The position numbers and the translations under genes were made by a program. A stretch of 64,000 nucleotides of DNA from Longimicrobiales bacterium (GTDB lineage: Bacteria > Gemmatimonadota > Gemmatimonadetes > Longimicrobiales > RSA9): NCBI GenBank assembly GCA_035764935.1, contig DASTYK010000149.1, positions 36,944 through 100,943 on the forward strand, in the 5' to 3' direction. Shown in pieces: positions 1 to 9,091 of this stretch (positions within the stretch are counted from its first letter, which is position 1; each line of letters opens with the position of its first letter). The notes beneath the pieces are model-generated. The model had not been told where the DNA came from. It saw only the letters and a program-made list of their open reading frames with translations, and did not search any database.

Positions 1-2661
1 CTGCTCACCCGCGCGGACGTCCGAGCTGATCGTGGCGACGCGGTCCAGGTTGCGGCGCTTCACCACGCCCAGCCCCTCATCCATGCGCCAGGTGGCGACC
101 GAGCTGAGCGGGACCTGGCGACCCTCCGCGAATACCGTCAGGTCGCCGAGCGCGTCCGGGTTCGACCGATACGCTTCGGCCAGTCGCACGGTGATGTCGT
201 ACTCGTCGTTGCCGTCGCGGTACTTGGCCGCTTCCGTGCCCTGGATGGCCGTACGGATCGTCATCCCGACCTGTGACGTGCTCAGGTCGTAGAGCGCCGC
301 GCGCTCGCGGTCCACCTCCACCACCAGCTCCGGCCGCTGCGAGCGCATGTCACTGTCCAGCCCCTCCAGCTTCGCGTACACGGGCGCCGACTTGAGCACA
401 CCCAGCATCGAATCCGAGAGCGTGCGCAGTGCATCCACGTCCGGACCAACCAGCTCGATGTTGATCGGCTTCCCCGTCGGCGGACCGTTGTCCGGGCGGG
501 TCACGGTGATGTCCGCACCCGCAATGCCGGCACCGATCCGCTGCTGCAGCTCGCGCAGCGTGGCAAAGACGTCGTAGGTCCGCTTGTCGAAATCCACGAA
601 GCTGACGGTGACCGAACCCTCGCCGCCGCCGGAGAACGGACCGCCTGTCGCGGACTGGTTCACCGTTGCCACGATCGATTCCGCGTCGCGGATCCCCTCG
701 AAGCCCTGCAGCCGCTCCTCGATCCGGGTCGCGACGGCGTCCGTGAACTCCGGCGCGGTACCGCTCGGCACATCCACCTGCACCGCCACCTGTGCCGGCG
801 GGATCGACTCCGGGAAGAACTCGACGCCGGCGTTGAACACGCCGAACGCCATCACCACGATCACGAAGGCCGCGGCCATCCCACCGACGATCATGAGCCT
901 GTGGTGCAGCGCCCAGCGCAGCCGGTGCACGTACCAGTCGATCACCCCCGGCAACGCCACGTCCTGGAACCACCGGCCAAGGCGGTCGAGCAGCGTGCGA
1001 TGCAGCACGACCAGCGCGACCCCGGTGACTGCGAGCAGCACCGCCGTCAGCGGGTTGGACGCCGCCACGAGGAGCAGCACCAGCCCGGCGATGCCCAGCA
1101 TGGCCCAGCGCGCCGCCGGCCGCAGCGGCCGAGCCGGCACGGTGTCCAGCTTCATGTACAGCGCGCACAGGACCGGCACGAGCACGATCGCCACGAACAG
1201 CGAGCTGCTCAGCGTGATGATCAGCGTGAGCGGCAGGAAGCTCATGAACTCGCCCACGATGTCCGGCCAGAACAGCAGCGGCACGAACGCCATGACCGTC
1301 GTGAGCGTGGACGTGATCACCGGCACCGCAACCTCGCCGGCGCCCAGCCGCGCAGCGGTAATGTTGTCGTATCCCTCCTCGAGGTGCCGGTAGATGTTCT
1401 CGACCACCACGATTGCATTGTCGACGAGCATCCCCAGCGCCAGGATCAGCGCGAACAGCACCACCATGTTCATCGAGATGCCCATGACCTTCATCACGAT
1501 GAACGACAGCAGCATCGACGCCGGGATCGAGATCCCCACGAACGACGAGTTGCGGACGCCCAGGAAGAACAGCAGCACCGCAACGACCAGGATCAGCCCC
1601 GAGATGATGTTGTTCTCCAGGCTGGCGACCATGCTGCGGATGTCGTCGGACTGGTCCGACGTCAGCTTCACCACCGTCGTCGGCGGAAAGGTCGGCTGCA
1701 TCTGCGCGATCGCCGCTTTCACCGCGTCCGATGTCTCGATGATGTTCTCGCCCGAACGCTTGATGATGTCGAGCGTCACCACCGCGCTCCCGTCCAGGCG
1801 CGCGTAGCTGGTGCGGTCGGCAAAGCCGAAATCCACGGTCGCAACGTCACGCACGTAGATCGGTGCGCCATCCTGCAGCAGGACGACCACGTCTTCGATG
1901 CTGCGGGGATCGGTGAACTCACCGTCGATCCGGATCAGGTACTCCTGCGCGCCCACATCGATCGAGCCGCCGGGAATCGTTACGTTCTCGGCCGCGATGG
2001 CCTCGATCACGTCATCGAACGCGATGTTGTAGAACTTCAGCTTCTGCAGGTCGACATCGACGCGGACCTCCCGCTCGAGTCCTCCGGAGAGCCGCACCTC
2101 CAGGATCTGCGGGATCTGCTCGAGCCGGTCCTGCACGTCTTCGGCAACTTCCTTCAACCGCACCAGGTCGTAGTCGCCCGAGACGTTCACCTGCATGATC
2201 GGGAACTCGGCGAAGTTGAACTCCGACAGGATCGGCTGTTCCACTTCGCTCGGCAGGTCCGGCTTCGCGAGGTCGACCTTCTCGCGGATCTTGGCCATCG
2301 CCTCGTCCATGTCCATGTCACTGCTGAACTCGGCGATGATGTACGACAGCCCCTGGTCGGACGTCGACGTCAGGTCCGTGACCTCGGGGATCTTGTTGAC
2401 TTCCTCTTCGATGGGACGCGTGACCAGCGTCTCCATGTCCATCGGTGCGACGCCCGGGTAGTACGTCGCGATCGAGATCATCGGAATCGTGATCTCGGGG
2501 CTCGACTCCTTCGGAATCGACAGGTACGTCGCGATCCCGATCAGCGTCACCATCGCCAGCAGAACCAGCGCGCTCGTCCGGTTGCCGAGTGCGAGGTTCG
2601 TCAGGCCGAATGTGCGGGCGCCCTCCGGCTGGTCCTTCGCTTGTCTGCTCTCGTCGGTCAT
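1..2661 (-). CDS. RND efflux permease (AcrB/HAE1-like), partial; C-terminus lies off the left edge
   Basis: Not in the ORF track because it is truncated. My translation of the minus strand from ATG at 2661 gives MTDESRQAKDQPEGARTFGLTNLALGNRTSALVLLAMVTLIGIATYLSIPKESSPEITIPMISIATYYPGVAPMDMETLVTRPIEEEVNKI, a typical RND N-terminus. The frame stays open to base 1 (887 codons). Its ATG overlaps the adaptor gene's stop (ATGA). Confidence 0.9.
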   Translation of the reverse strand, partial: MTDESRQAKDQPEGARTFGLTNLALGNRTSALVLLAMVTLIGIATYLSIPKESSPEITIPMISIATYYPGVAPMDMETLVTRPIEEEVNKIPEVTDLTSTSDQGLSYIIAEFSSDMDMDEAMAKIREKVDLAKPDLPSEVEQPILSEFNFAEFPIMQVNVSGDYDLVRLKEVAEDVQDRLEQIPQILEVRLSGGLEREVRVDVDLQKLKFYNIAFDDVIEAIAAENVTIPGGSIDVGAQEYLIRIDGEFTDPRSIEDVVVLLQDGAPIYVRDVATVDFGFADRTSYARLDGSAVVTLDIIKRSGENIIETSDAVKAAIAQMQPTFPPTTVVKLTSDQSDDIRSMVASLENNIISGLILVVAVLLFFLGVRNSSFVGISIPASMLLSFIVMKVMGISMNMVVLFALILALGMLVDNAIVVVENIYRHLEEGYDNITAARLGAGEVAVPVITSTLTTVMAFVPLLFWPDIVGEFMSFLPLTLIITLSSSLFVAIVLVPVLCALYMKLDTVPARPLRPAARWAMLGIAGLVLLLVAASNPLTAVLLAVTGVALVVLHRTLLDRLGRWFQDVALPGVIDWYVHRLRWALHHRLMIVGGMAAAFVIVVMAFGVFNAGVEFFPESIPPAQVAVQVDVPSGTAPEFTDAVATRIEERLQGFEGIRDAESIVATVNQSATGGPFSGGGEGSVTVSFVDFDKRTYDVFATLRELQQRIGAGIAGADITVTRPDNGPPTGKPINIELVGPDVDALRTLSDSMLGVLKSAPVYAKLEGLDSDMRSQRPELVVEVDRERAALYDLSTSQVGMTIRTAIQGTEAAKYRDGNDEYDITVRLAEAYRSNPDALGDLTVFAEGRQVPLSSVATWRMDEGLGVVKRRNLDRVATISSDVRAGEQ

Positions 2662-3749
2662 TGCTCCTCCTCCGCCACCACCCGCACGGCATCCCCGTTC
2701 GCAACCTGCTGCTGGCCGACCACGATCACCTGCTCCCCCGCACTCACGCCCGATGCGATCGCGACCTGGCTGCCCGCATCGGCACCGAGCTGAACGGGGC
2801 GCGCCTCGGCAAACGTGCGATCGCCCTCACCCGTCACGACGAACACCATGTAGCCGGTCGACACGCGCTGCACGGCCTCACGCGGAACCAGCAGTGCCTC
2901 TTCCACCGTGCGTCGCTGCACCTCCAGCCGTGCTACCATTCCGGGCTTCAGCACGCCACTGGCGTTGGCCACCGTGAACTCGACGGGAAACGTCCGCGTC
3001 CGTGCGTCCAGGGCCGTACCGACATAGCCCGCTGCACCGCTGAACGTGCTGCCCCCGAGGTGGTCGATCGTGACGCGCACTGCTGCACCCGGCCGGATCT
3101 CCGCCGCATAGCGCTCCGGCACCCCGGCCGTCACCTCCACCGGATCCGCATCCACGATCCGCGCGATCGGTGTGCCCGGCGCGACCATCGCACCGACTTC
3201 GACCAGCCGGTCATCGAGCACCCCCGCAATCGGAGCACGCACGATGGTGCGCTCCAGCCGCGCCGCCAGCATGCGCGCGTTCGCGGCCGCGGTTTCCGCA
3301 CCGTACTTCGCCCGCAGGTACGCGATCTCGGTCCCGATCTTCTCTTCCTCCCACAGGCGACGCTGGCGCTCGTATGTTTCCTTCGCGAGCGCCGCCTCGG
3401 AACGCGCCTGGTCGTACTGCGCCCGCAGCACCTGGTCGTCGATGCGCGCGACCGGCTGCCCGACACGCACCCGTGCGCCCTTGTCGACATACAGCTCGCG
3501 GACTACACCACTCTCCTCGGCCGATACCTGCACGTCGCTGGACGCCTCCAGGGTGCCCGTCAGGGTGATGAACTCCGTGAACTCCCGCGGCTCCAGCTGC
3601 ACCGTCTGCACGTTGATGATGCGACGCACCGGCTCCGCACCCACGCCCCCGGACGTCGCCGATTCCTGCGCCTCGCCGCCGCTGCAGCCCGCTGCCACCA
3701 CGACCGCCATCAGTGCGGCCGCCCCGTTGTATCGCTTCAAAGCACTCAT
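2658..3749 (-). CDS. RND efflux periplasmic adaptor (membrane fusion protein, HlyD-like) lipoprotein
   Basis: 363-aa ORF. It has a lipoprotein signal (VVAAGCSGG), a coiled-coil hairpin region (QYDQARSEAALAKETYERQRRLWEE) and barrel-sandwich/beta-barrel motifs (IVRAPIAGVL, VVFVV...G). It is sandwiched between the OMF and the RND pump with 4-nt overlaps on both sides. Confidence 0.9.
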   Translation of the reverse strand: MSALKRYNGAAALMAVVVAAGCSGGEAQESATSGGVGAEPVRRIINVQTVQLEPREFTEFITLTGTLEASSDVQVSAEESGVVRELYVDKGARVRVGQPVARIDDQVLRAQYDQARSEAALAKETYERQRRLWEEEKIGTEIAYLRAKYGAETAAANARMLAARLERTIVRAPIAGVLDDRLVEVGAMVAPGTPIARIVDADPVEVTAGVPERYAAEIRPGAAVRVTIDHLGGSTFSGAAGYVGTALDARTRTFPVEFTVANASGVLKPGMVARLEVQRRTVEEALLVPREAVQRVSTGYMVFVVTGEGDRTFAEARPVQLGADAGSQVAIASGVSAGEQVIVVGQQQVANGDAVRVVAEEEQ

Positions 3750-5236
3750 TGCCCCGGTGTCTCCAGCGTAAGGGCCACGCCGCCATCCGCCTGCACGTTC
3801 GCGCTCACTCCGAGCGCCTCGTCCAGCCGGGCGCGCGCCGTCAGATAGTCGTAGACCGCCTGCGCGTAATTGAACTCGCTCTGTCGGAGCGCCACCTCCG
3901 CGTCCGTCAGCTCGAGCGGACTGCTGATTCCTTCACGGTACTGCACACTCGCGATCTCATAACCGCGCTGTGCCTGTTCACGCGCGAGTTGCTGTGCGGC
4001 ACCTCGCTCGCGTGCCTCCTCGACCTGCGCGAGGAGTGTTTTGACCTCGTGCTCGACCTGGTCGCGCAGCAGCCGCCTGCCCACTCGCGACTGCTCGAGT
4101 GCCGCCTCCTTCTGCTGCAGCCTGGCCGGTCGCTGGAATCCGCTGAACAGCGGCAGGCTCACCTCGATGCCGACCTGCCTGCCATACGATCGGAACTCGT
4201 CGCTGCCACCGAAGAACGACGGGTCACCGTTGTTCTGCGCATTGATCGAATAGCTGCCGAACAGCGATACCGTCGGCAGATACTCGGCGCGCTCCACGCG
4301 CACCTCGGTCTGCCGCAGCCGCTCCGTCAACCTCGCCTGCCGCACGTCCGAGCGGTTCGCCAGCGCCGTCTCGATCGCCTCCTGCACGTCGTCGACGGGC
4401 TCCGTCCGCAGGGCGGCGAGGTGCAGACCGGGGGACGAGGAGGCAATGGGCTGCGAGAAGTCGAAGTCGGCGAGCGCGCCGACCACGTTCACGCTGTCGA
4501 GCGCCTCCACACCCACCTCGATCGCGAGCGCGCGACGCGCCGCCGCCGCGGCATCATCCGCGCGCCGCAGGTTCGGCTCGACGTTCGCCAGCTCCACCTG
4601 CAGCCGCAGGACGTCGTAGTCCGACGCGAGACCTGCGCGGTGCATCGCCTGCGTCTCCTCGAGAGACTGCCGGATGCGGCGCACCGTGTTCTCGCTCAGG
4701 CGCGCGCCCTCGTCCGCCAGCAGCACGTCGTAATACGCAACGCGCACGCGGGTCGCGACCGCCGCGGCACGACCACGAACCGCTTCCGCCTGCAGCGACT
4801 CATAGCTGTCCGCCGCACCGACGCCCAGGAATGCAGAGGCACGGAACAGCGGCTGCGACGCCCGCAGCTGGAAGCTCCACGTGTTGTCCGCGCCGAACTT
4901 CACCGGCACGAGCTCATCCGGATCCGCATCCGGATCGAAGAAGATGCGCGGCAGGAAATTCGTCGGGACCGACAGGTTGCGCGTGTAGCTCGCCACCGCG
5001 TCCAGCGATGGCATCACCTCGCCCCACGCCTCGCGCACCTGCCCCTGTGCGGCCCTCAGACCCAGCCGCGCATCGGCGAGCTCACGGTTGTGCTCGAGTG
5101 CCAGGACTACCGCCTGTTCCAGCGTGAGTGTCGGTGAGCTGGGGACCTGCTGTGAACCCTGCACCTGCGCCTGCACCGGGGTCGCACAGAGCGCCAGTGC
5201 GCCAAGTACGAAAGCCCGCCATCCATATGCTCGCAT
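3746..5236 (-). CDS. TolC-family outer membrane efflux protein
   Basis: The track ORF is 3746..5281. I prefer the ATG at 5236 (MRAYGWRAFVLGALALCATPVQAQ signal peptide). Two repeated halves carry a LTLEQAV-type start and long helical segments typical of OEP/TolC. It is the first structural gene of the efflux operon. Confidence 0.85.
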   Translation of the reverse strand: MRAYGWRAFVLGALALCATPVQAQVQGSQQVPSSPTLTLEQAVVLALEHNRELADARLGLRAAQGQVREAWGEVMPSLDAVASYTRNLSVPTNFLPRIFFDPDADPDELVPVKFGADNTWSFQLRASQPLFRASAFLGVGAADSYESLQAEAVRGRAAAVATRVRVAYYDVLLADEGARLSENTVRRIRQSLEETQAMHRAGLASDYDVLRLQVELANVEPNLRRADDAAAAARRALAIEVGVEALDSVNVVGALADFDFSQPIASSSPGLHLAALRTEPVDDVQEAIETALANRSDVRQARLTERLRQTEVRVERAEYLPTVSLFGSYSINAQNNGDPSFFGGSDEFRSYGRQVGIEVSLPLFSGFQRPARLQQKEAALEQSRVGRRLLRDQVEHEVKTLLAQVEEARERGAAQQLAREQAQRGYEIASVQYREGISSPLELTDAEVALRQSEFNYAQAVYDYLTARARLDEALGVSANVQADGGVALTLETPGQ

Positions 5237-5299
5237 GGGATCGTCTTCCTTCCCGTTCGTATGCGTACGACACGAATGCACTGCCCTGCTCGGACCGCC

Positions 5300-5947
5300 T
5301 CACCCGGCCGGCGCCGCCCTGCCACTCCGCCAGCCGCCACCCAGCGTCTGGATCGCCTCATCCACCAGGCCCATGAACGACACCTGGTCCGGCGCCGCAT
5401 CCACCAGGTGACCCGACAGGTAGAGCGATGTCAGACCGTGGACGAGACCCCAGCCGATCAGCGCGATCCGTCGCGCGTCGGCGCCCTGGATCGAGCCATC
5501 GCGCAACCCGGCCTCAACGGCCATGACGACTCGGTCGAAGCTGGTTTCTTCCGGACCCTGCGCGCGCTCCGGACACTCGACGTGCGCTGCGGACGGCAGC
5601 TCGAACATGACGCGGAAGAAGGCTGCATTCTCCGCCGCGAATCGCGCGTACGCGCGCCCGGTCGCACCGTACTGCTCCGCGCCCGACGCGGTTTCAGGAA
5701 GAGCAGCCAGTTCCTCCATCATCACTCCGTGCATCCGGCGAAACCCCTCCCGGATGACCTCGCTCGTCAGCTCTTCCTTGTCCCGGAAGTACAGGTAGAT
5801 CGTCGCAGGCGAGTACTCGATGCGCTCCGCAATCGCGCGCATCGACAGCGCGTCGAGACCCTGCTCGGACAGCAGGTCGCGCGCGGCTTCCACGATCCGC
5901 GCCCGCAGCATCTCCTTTTCCCGCTCCCGCCGCTCGGCAATGCCCAT
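5300..5947 (-). CDS. TetR/AcrR-family transcriptional regulator
   Basis: 215-aa ORF with the N-terminal HTH signature ARDLLSEQGLDALSMRAIAERIEYSPATIYLYFRDKEEL. It lies immediately upstream of the efflux genes on the same strand. Confidence 0.9.
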   Translation of the reverse strand: MGIAERREREKEMLRARIVEAARDLLSEQGLDALSMRAIAERIEYSPATIYLYFRDKEELTSEVIREGFRRMHGVMMEELAALPETASGAEQYGATGRAYARFAAENAAFFRVMFELPSAAHVECPERAQGPEETSFDRVVMAVEAGLRDGSIQGADARRIALIGWGLVHGLTSLYLSGHLVDAAPDQVSFMGLVDEAIQTLGGGWRSGRAAPAG

Positions 5948-6005
5948 CTCGTACGGCCTCCTGATCCCTTGCCCGTGGGCCGGCCCTGACCGGCTCCCAC
6001 AAACT

Positions 6006-6030
6006 GAACGCCGTTAACTTAACGGCGTTC
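6006..6030. promoter_or_regulatory. Candidate TetR operator: perfect inverted repeat GAACGCCGTTAA-C-TTAACGGCGTTC
   Basis: 12-bp perfect arms read directly in the sequence, about 60 nt upstream of the tetR ATG (5947), in a locally AT-richer patch. Confidence 0.5.
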
Positions 6031-6227
6031 AAGATATGAGACAAGTTCAGGAAACAGGGCCTTTTCGCGGCAGCGGTCGGCTGCAAACGGAGGTGCCGCA
6101 GTGCTTCTGGTGTTGTAGACGAACCGGGAGCCGCGGATACAACAGGCAGGACGCCAGCGGCGCAGCGGTTTACAACCTGCCCCGCCGGGTGGAATCCGTG
6201 ATTCCGATGGGACGGAAAGGAAGTGAA

Positions 6228-6310
6228 CGGAGGGGGTGGGATTCGAACCCACGGACCTTTCGGTCGCTCGATTTCAAGTCGAGTGCATTCAACCGCTCTG
6301 CCACCCCTCC
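6228..6310 (-). tRNA. tRNA-Ser (anticodon UGA)
   Basis: The reverse complement reads GGAGGGGTGGCAGAGCGGTTGAATGCACTCGACTTGAAATCGAGCGACCGAAAGGTCCGTGGGTTCGAATCCCACCCCCTCCG. It shows a 7-bp acceptor stem (GGAGGGG/CCCCTCC), anticodon stem CTCGA/TCGAG with loop CTTGAAA (anticodon TGA), a long variable arm and a GGTTCGAATCC T-loop. CCA is not encoded. Confidence 0.85.
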
Positions 6311-6361
6311 CGAGCCGGCGCCCCGAAGCTAAATGGAGGGCGCGGGGGCGGTCAATTGGCG

Positions 6362-6769
6362 CTAGTCGCCGCTCTCGACCGCGACGAGACGGGCATACAC
6401 GCCCTGGCTTGCGTGGCTGCCGTTGGCATCGAAGTCGGGGCAGTACAACTCGTAGGTGCCCGGAGAGAGGTCGAGTCGCAGCGTTGCATCCTCCCCGCTC
6501 ATGATGTTGGAGACGGCCCAGGAGTCGTCGACACTCTGAATACGCACGGAGTGGCGGCTGGCGCCGCGGTTGGCGAACAGGATGCTGACGTCACCGGCGG
6601 GGACGGTGTCGACGGAAAGGACGATGCTGGTGTCGTCGACGGTAGCGTGAACGATCTCGGTGGTGGGCTGCGCGGCGGCTGCGCTGTCACGGTTGGCCGC
6701 TTCGCTGCTGGCCTCGCGGTCGCCGCACGCGAACAGCATGGAAACGGCGACGATCGATGTCCAGCGCAT
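6362..6769 (-). CDS. Small lipoprotein, possibly cupredoxin-like
   Basis: The track ORF is 6362..6808. I prefer the ATG at 6769 (MRWTSIVAVSMLFACG lipobox). The protein is beta-rich, and the C-terminal PGTYELYCPDFDANGSH resembles a type-1 copper-site region. The functional call is weak. Confidence 0.5.
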   Translation of the reverse strand: MRWTSIVAVSMLFACGDREASSEAANRDSAAAAQPTTEIVHATVDDTSIVLSVDTVPAGDVSILFANRGASRHSVRIQSVDDSWAVSNIMSGEDATLRLDLSPGTYELYCPDFDANGSHASQGVYARLVAVESGD

Positions 6770-6825
6770 GCGTCCTCCCGGTGCGTACCCGGGAGGACAC
6801 AGGCGCAAGTTGCAGGCCCGTCAGC

Positions 6826-8397
6826 TCAGTGCCGGAACACTCGCCGACCGGTGAACAGCATGGCGATGTCGTGCTCGTCGGCGGCGGCGATGACCTCCTC
6901 GTCGCGCACGGATCCACCCGGCTGCACGATCGCGCGCACACCGGCGTCGGCGGCGGCATCGACGCCGTCGCGGAAGGGGAAGAACGCATCGGAAGCGAGC
7001 GCGGCGCCGGCGATGCGGGCGCCGGTGTCATTGGCCTTCATGACTGCGATGCGGGAAGAATCGACGCGACTCATCTGGCCTGCGCCGATCCCGATGGTGC
7101 GCTCGTCCTTTGCGAGCACGATTGCGTTGGACTTGACCGCGGCGGAGGCGCGCCAGGCGAAGCGCAGGTCGCGCATCTCGGTGTCGGTCGGCTGCCGTTT
7201 GCTGACCACGCGCCAGTCGGTCTCCGGAAAGCGCATGATCATGCGATGCTGCACGAGCAGCCCGCCGCGCACGCGCTTGAAATCGAGCTCGTCGTCGCCG
7301 GCGGGCGCTACCGGCAGCACGATCAGCCGCAGGTTCTTCTTCTTCTGCAGTCGCTCGCGCGCCTGCTCGTCGAATCCGGGCGCAACGATGATCTCGAGGA
7401 ACGCTCCTGACAGCTTTTCGGCGGCGGCCGCATCGACTGGCCGGTTGAATGCCACGATGCCGCCGAATGCGGAGACCGGGTCGGCCGCGTTTGCGCGCTC
7501 GTATGCCGAGGCCTGGTCGTCGGCGATCGCGATGCCGCAGGGAGTGGTGTGCTTGATGATCACGCAGGCGGCGCGAGGCTCGTCGCTCCATGCGGAGATC
7601 GCCATGGTCGCGGCCTCGACGTCGAGCAGGTTGTTGAAGGACAGCTCCTTGCCGTGCAGCTGCCGGAGTGCCGGCAGTGAGCCTTCGGGTGGGGCGTCCT
7701 CGGCATAAAAGGCAGCGGGCTGATCGGGGTTCTCCCCGTAGCGCAGCGACTGGACGCGGGTCAGGCGCAGATCGATGGTGTCCGGGAACGCGGTCGCTGC
7801 CTCGTCCTCGGTCGCGTCGGCCTGCGCCTGCGCGCGGAAGTAGGCGGCGATGGCACTGTCATACCGGCCCGTGTGCTCGAACACCCTGGCGGCGAGGGAG
7901 CGGCGAAGCGTGTCGTCTGCGCTGTCGTCGCGAAGCGCCTGCAGCACCCGTTCGTAGTCTGCGGGATCGACCACGACGAGCACACCCGCATGGTTCTTCG
8001 CTGCGGCCCGCAGCATGGTCGGCCCGCCGATGTCCACCTTCTCCATGGCCTGCGGAATCGGCGCGCCGCTCGCGACAGCCTCGTGGAACGGGTAGAGGTT
8101 CACTGCGACGAGATCGATCGGCTCATAGCCGTGCTCGCCGAGGGCGGCCATGTCGTCGGAACGGTCGCGCCGCGCGAGGAGCCCCGCGTGCACGGCGGGA
8201 TGCAGCGTCTTGACGCGTCCGTCCATCATCTCGGGATGCTGCGTGATGTCACTGACATCGCGCACGGGCAGCCCGGCCTCGCGCAGGGTTCGTGCGGTTC
8301 CGCCGGTGGACAGCAGCTGCCAGCCGAGCTCGTGCAGAGCGGTTGCGAACTCGACTACACCCGTCTTGTCCGAGACGCTGATCAGCGCGTTCGGCAT
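6826..8397 (-). CDS. purH: Bifunctional AICAR transformylase / IMP cyclohydrolase
   Basis: MPNALISVSDKTGVVEFATALHELGWQLLSTGGTA is a canonical PurH N-terminus and the C-terminus is FTGRRVFRH. The start was moved to the ATG at 8397; the track extension would overlap purN. Confidence 0.95.
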   Translation of the reverse strand: MPNALISVSDKTGVVEFATALHELGWQLLSTGGTARTLREAGLPVRDVSDITQHPEMMDGRVKTLHPAVHAGLLARRDRSDDMAALGEHGYEPIDLVAVNLYPFHEAVASGAPIPQAMEKVDIGGPTMLRAAAKNHAGVLVVVDPADYERVLQALRDDSADDTLRRSLAARVFEHTGRYDSAIAAYFRAQAQADATEDEAATAFPDTIDLRLTRVQSLRYGENPDQPAAFYAEDAPPEGSLPALRQLHGKELSFNNLLDVEAATMAISAWSDEPRAACVIIKHTTPCGIAIADDQASAYERANAADPVSAFGGIVAFNRPVDAAAAEKLSGAFLEIIVAPGFDEQARERLQKKKNLRLIVLPVAPAGDDELDFKRVRGGLLVQHRMIMRFPETDWRVVSKRQPTDTEMRDLRFAWRASAAVKSNAIVLAKDERTIGIGAGQMSRVDSSRIAVMKANDTGARIAGAALASDAFFPFRDGVDAAADAGVRAIVQPGGSVRDEEVIAAADEHDIAMLFTGRRVFRH

Positions 8398-8398
8398 G

Positions 8399-9091
8399 TC
8401 ACTCCTCCTCTGGGAGTCCGAACGCCGCGCGCATGGCCTCGACTGCAGGCGCATCGTGCGCCGCGGCGACGAACTTGAATTCTGGTTGAGGCAGCGGCGC
8501 CTGGCCGCGCAGCTCCCGCACGAGTCGCTCGATGGCGATCGGGTAGAGCTGGTGCTCGACGCGCAACACGCGTGCTGCCAGCGTTTCGGGTGAATCGTCC
8601 GGGAACACGGGTACCGGCCACTGTGCGACGGGCCGCCCTTCGTCGTACGCCTCGTCGACGTAGTGAACGGTGGCGCCGGTCACGCGCACACCGGCGCGCA
8701 GCACCGCCTCGTGCACGCGCGTGCCGTACATGCCCGGCCCGCCGAACGCCGGGAGCAGTGCCGGATGGATGTTGACGATGCGTCCGCGGTAGCGCTCCAC
8801 CACGGGGGCGGGCACGAGGCGCAGATAGCCCGCGAGCGCGATCACGTCGATTGCGGCACCGTCCAGTGCGGCCAGCGTGGCGAGTGCAAGCTCCTCTGGA
8901 TCGGCGCCGCGCACCGGGATGAGCGACCGCTCGATACCCGCGTGATCGGCGCGCTCCAAAGCGCGGCACTCGCGGTCGGCGACGACGAGCGCGATGCGAG
9001 CGCTTGCGGCGCGCTCGCCATTGAACCAATCGATGAGTGCCTGGAGGTTGCTGCCGCCGCCCGATGCGAAGACGGCGATGCGCATGCTCAT
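8399..9091 (-). CDS. purN: Phosphoribosylglycinamide formyltransferase
   Basis: MSMRIAVFASGGGSNLQALI together with the NIHPALLPAFGG and VTGATVHYVDEAYDEG motifs. Confidence 0.95.
   Translation of the reverse strand: MSMRIAVFASGGGSNLQALIDWFNGERAASARIALVVADRECRALERADHAGIERSLIPVRGADPEELALATLAALDGAAIDVIALAGYLRLVPAPVVERYRGRIVNIHPALLPAFGGPGMYGTRVHEAVLRAGVRVTGATVHYVDEAYDEGRPVAQWPVPVFPDDSPETLAARVLRVEHQLYPIAIERLVRELRGQAPLPQPEFKFVAAAHDAPAVEAMRAAFGLPEEE

Noticed and set aside
901-2793. Very long plus-strand ORFs in the track. Examples: 901-2793 (630 aa), 9377-10978, 13850-15988 (712 aa), 15838-17580, 17543-19537, 22313-24913 (866 aa), 27690-29942 (750 aa), 42371-43948 and 60043-62202 (719 aa).
   Set aside because: Each lies antisense to a minus-strand gene with unmistakable family motifs (RND pump, nadA, valS, helicase, proS, infB and others). 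Their translations are R/H/D/P/L-rich with no recognisable motifs. Stop-poor antisense frames are expected at this GC content.
6200-6227. A GGACGGAAAGGAAG stretch reminiscent of the SRP (4.5S) RNA GGAAGGAAGC motif.
   Set aside because: Only a short purine-run resemblance. The flanking sequence does not form the conserved SRP helix 8 with a symmetric loop, and the stretch abuts the tRNA 3' end.
6228-6310. Whether the tRNA near selA could be tRNA-Sec (selC).
   Set aside because: The anticodon loop reads CTTGAAA, giving anticodon UGA (serine codon UCA) and not UCA. The acceptor stem is the ordinary 7 bp. It is tRNA-Ser.
6228-6808. A genomic island or integrative element at the tRNA-Ser gene.
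   Set aside because: No integrase, recombinase, transposase or direct repeat of the tRNA 3' end is visible on either side. The neighbours are a small lipoprotein and purH on one side and the efflux operon on the other, with the same composition as the rest of the window.
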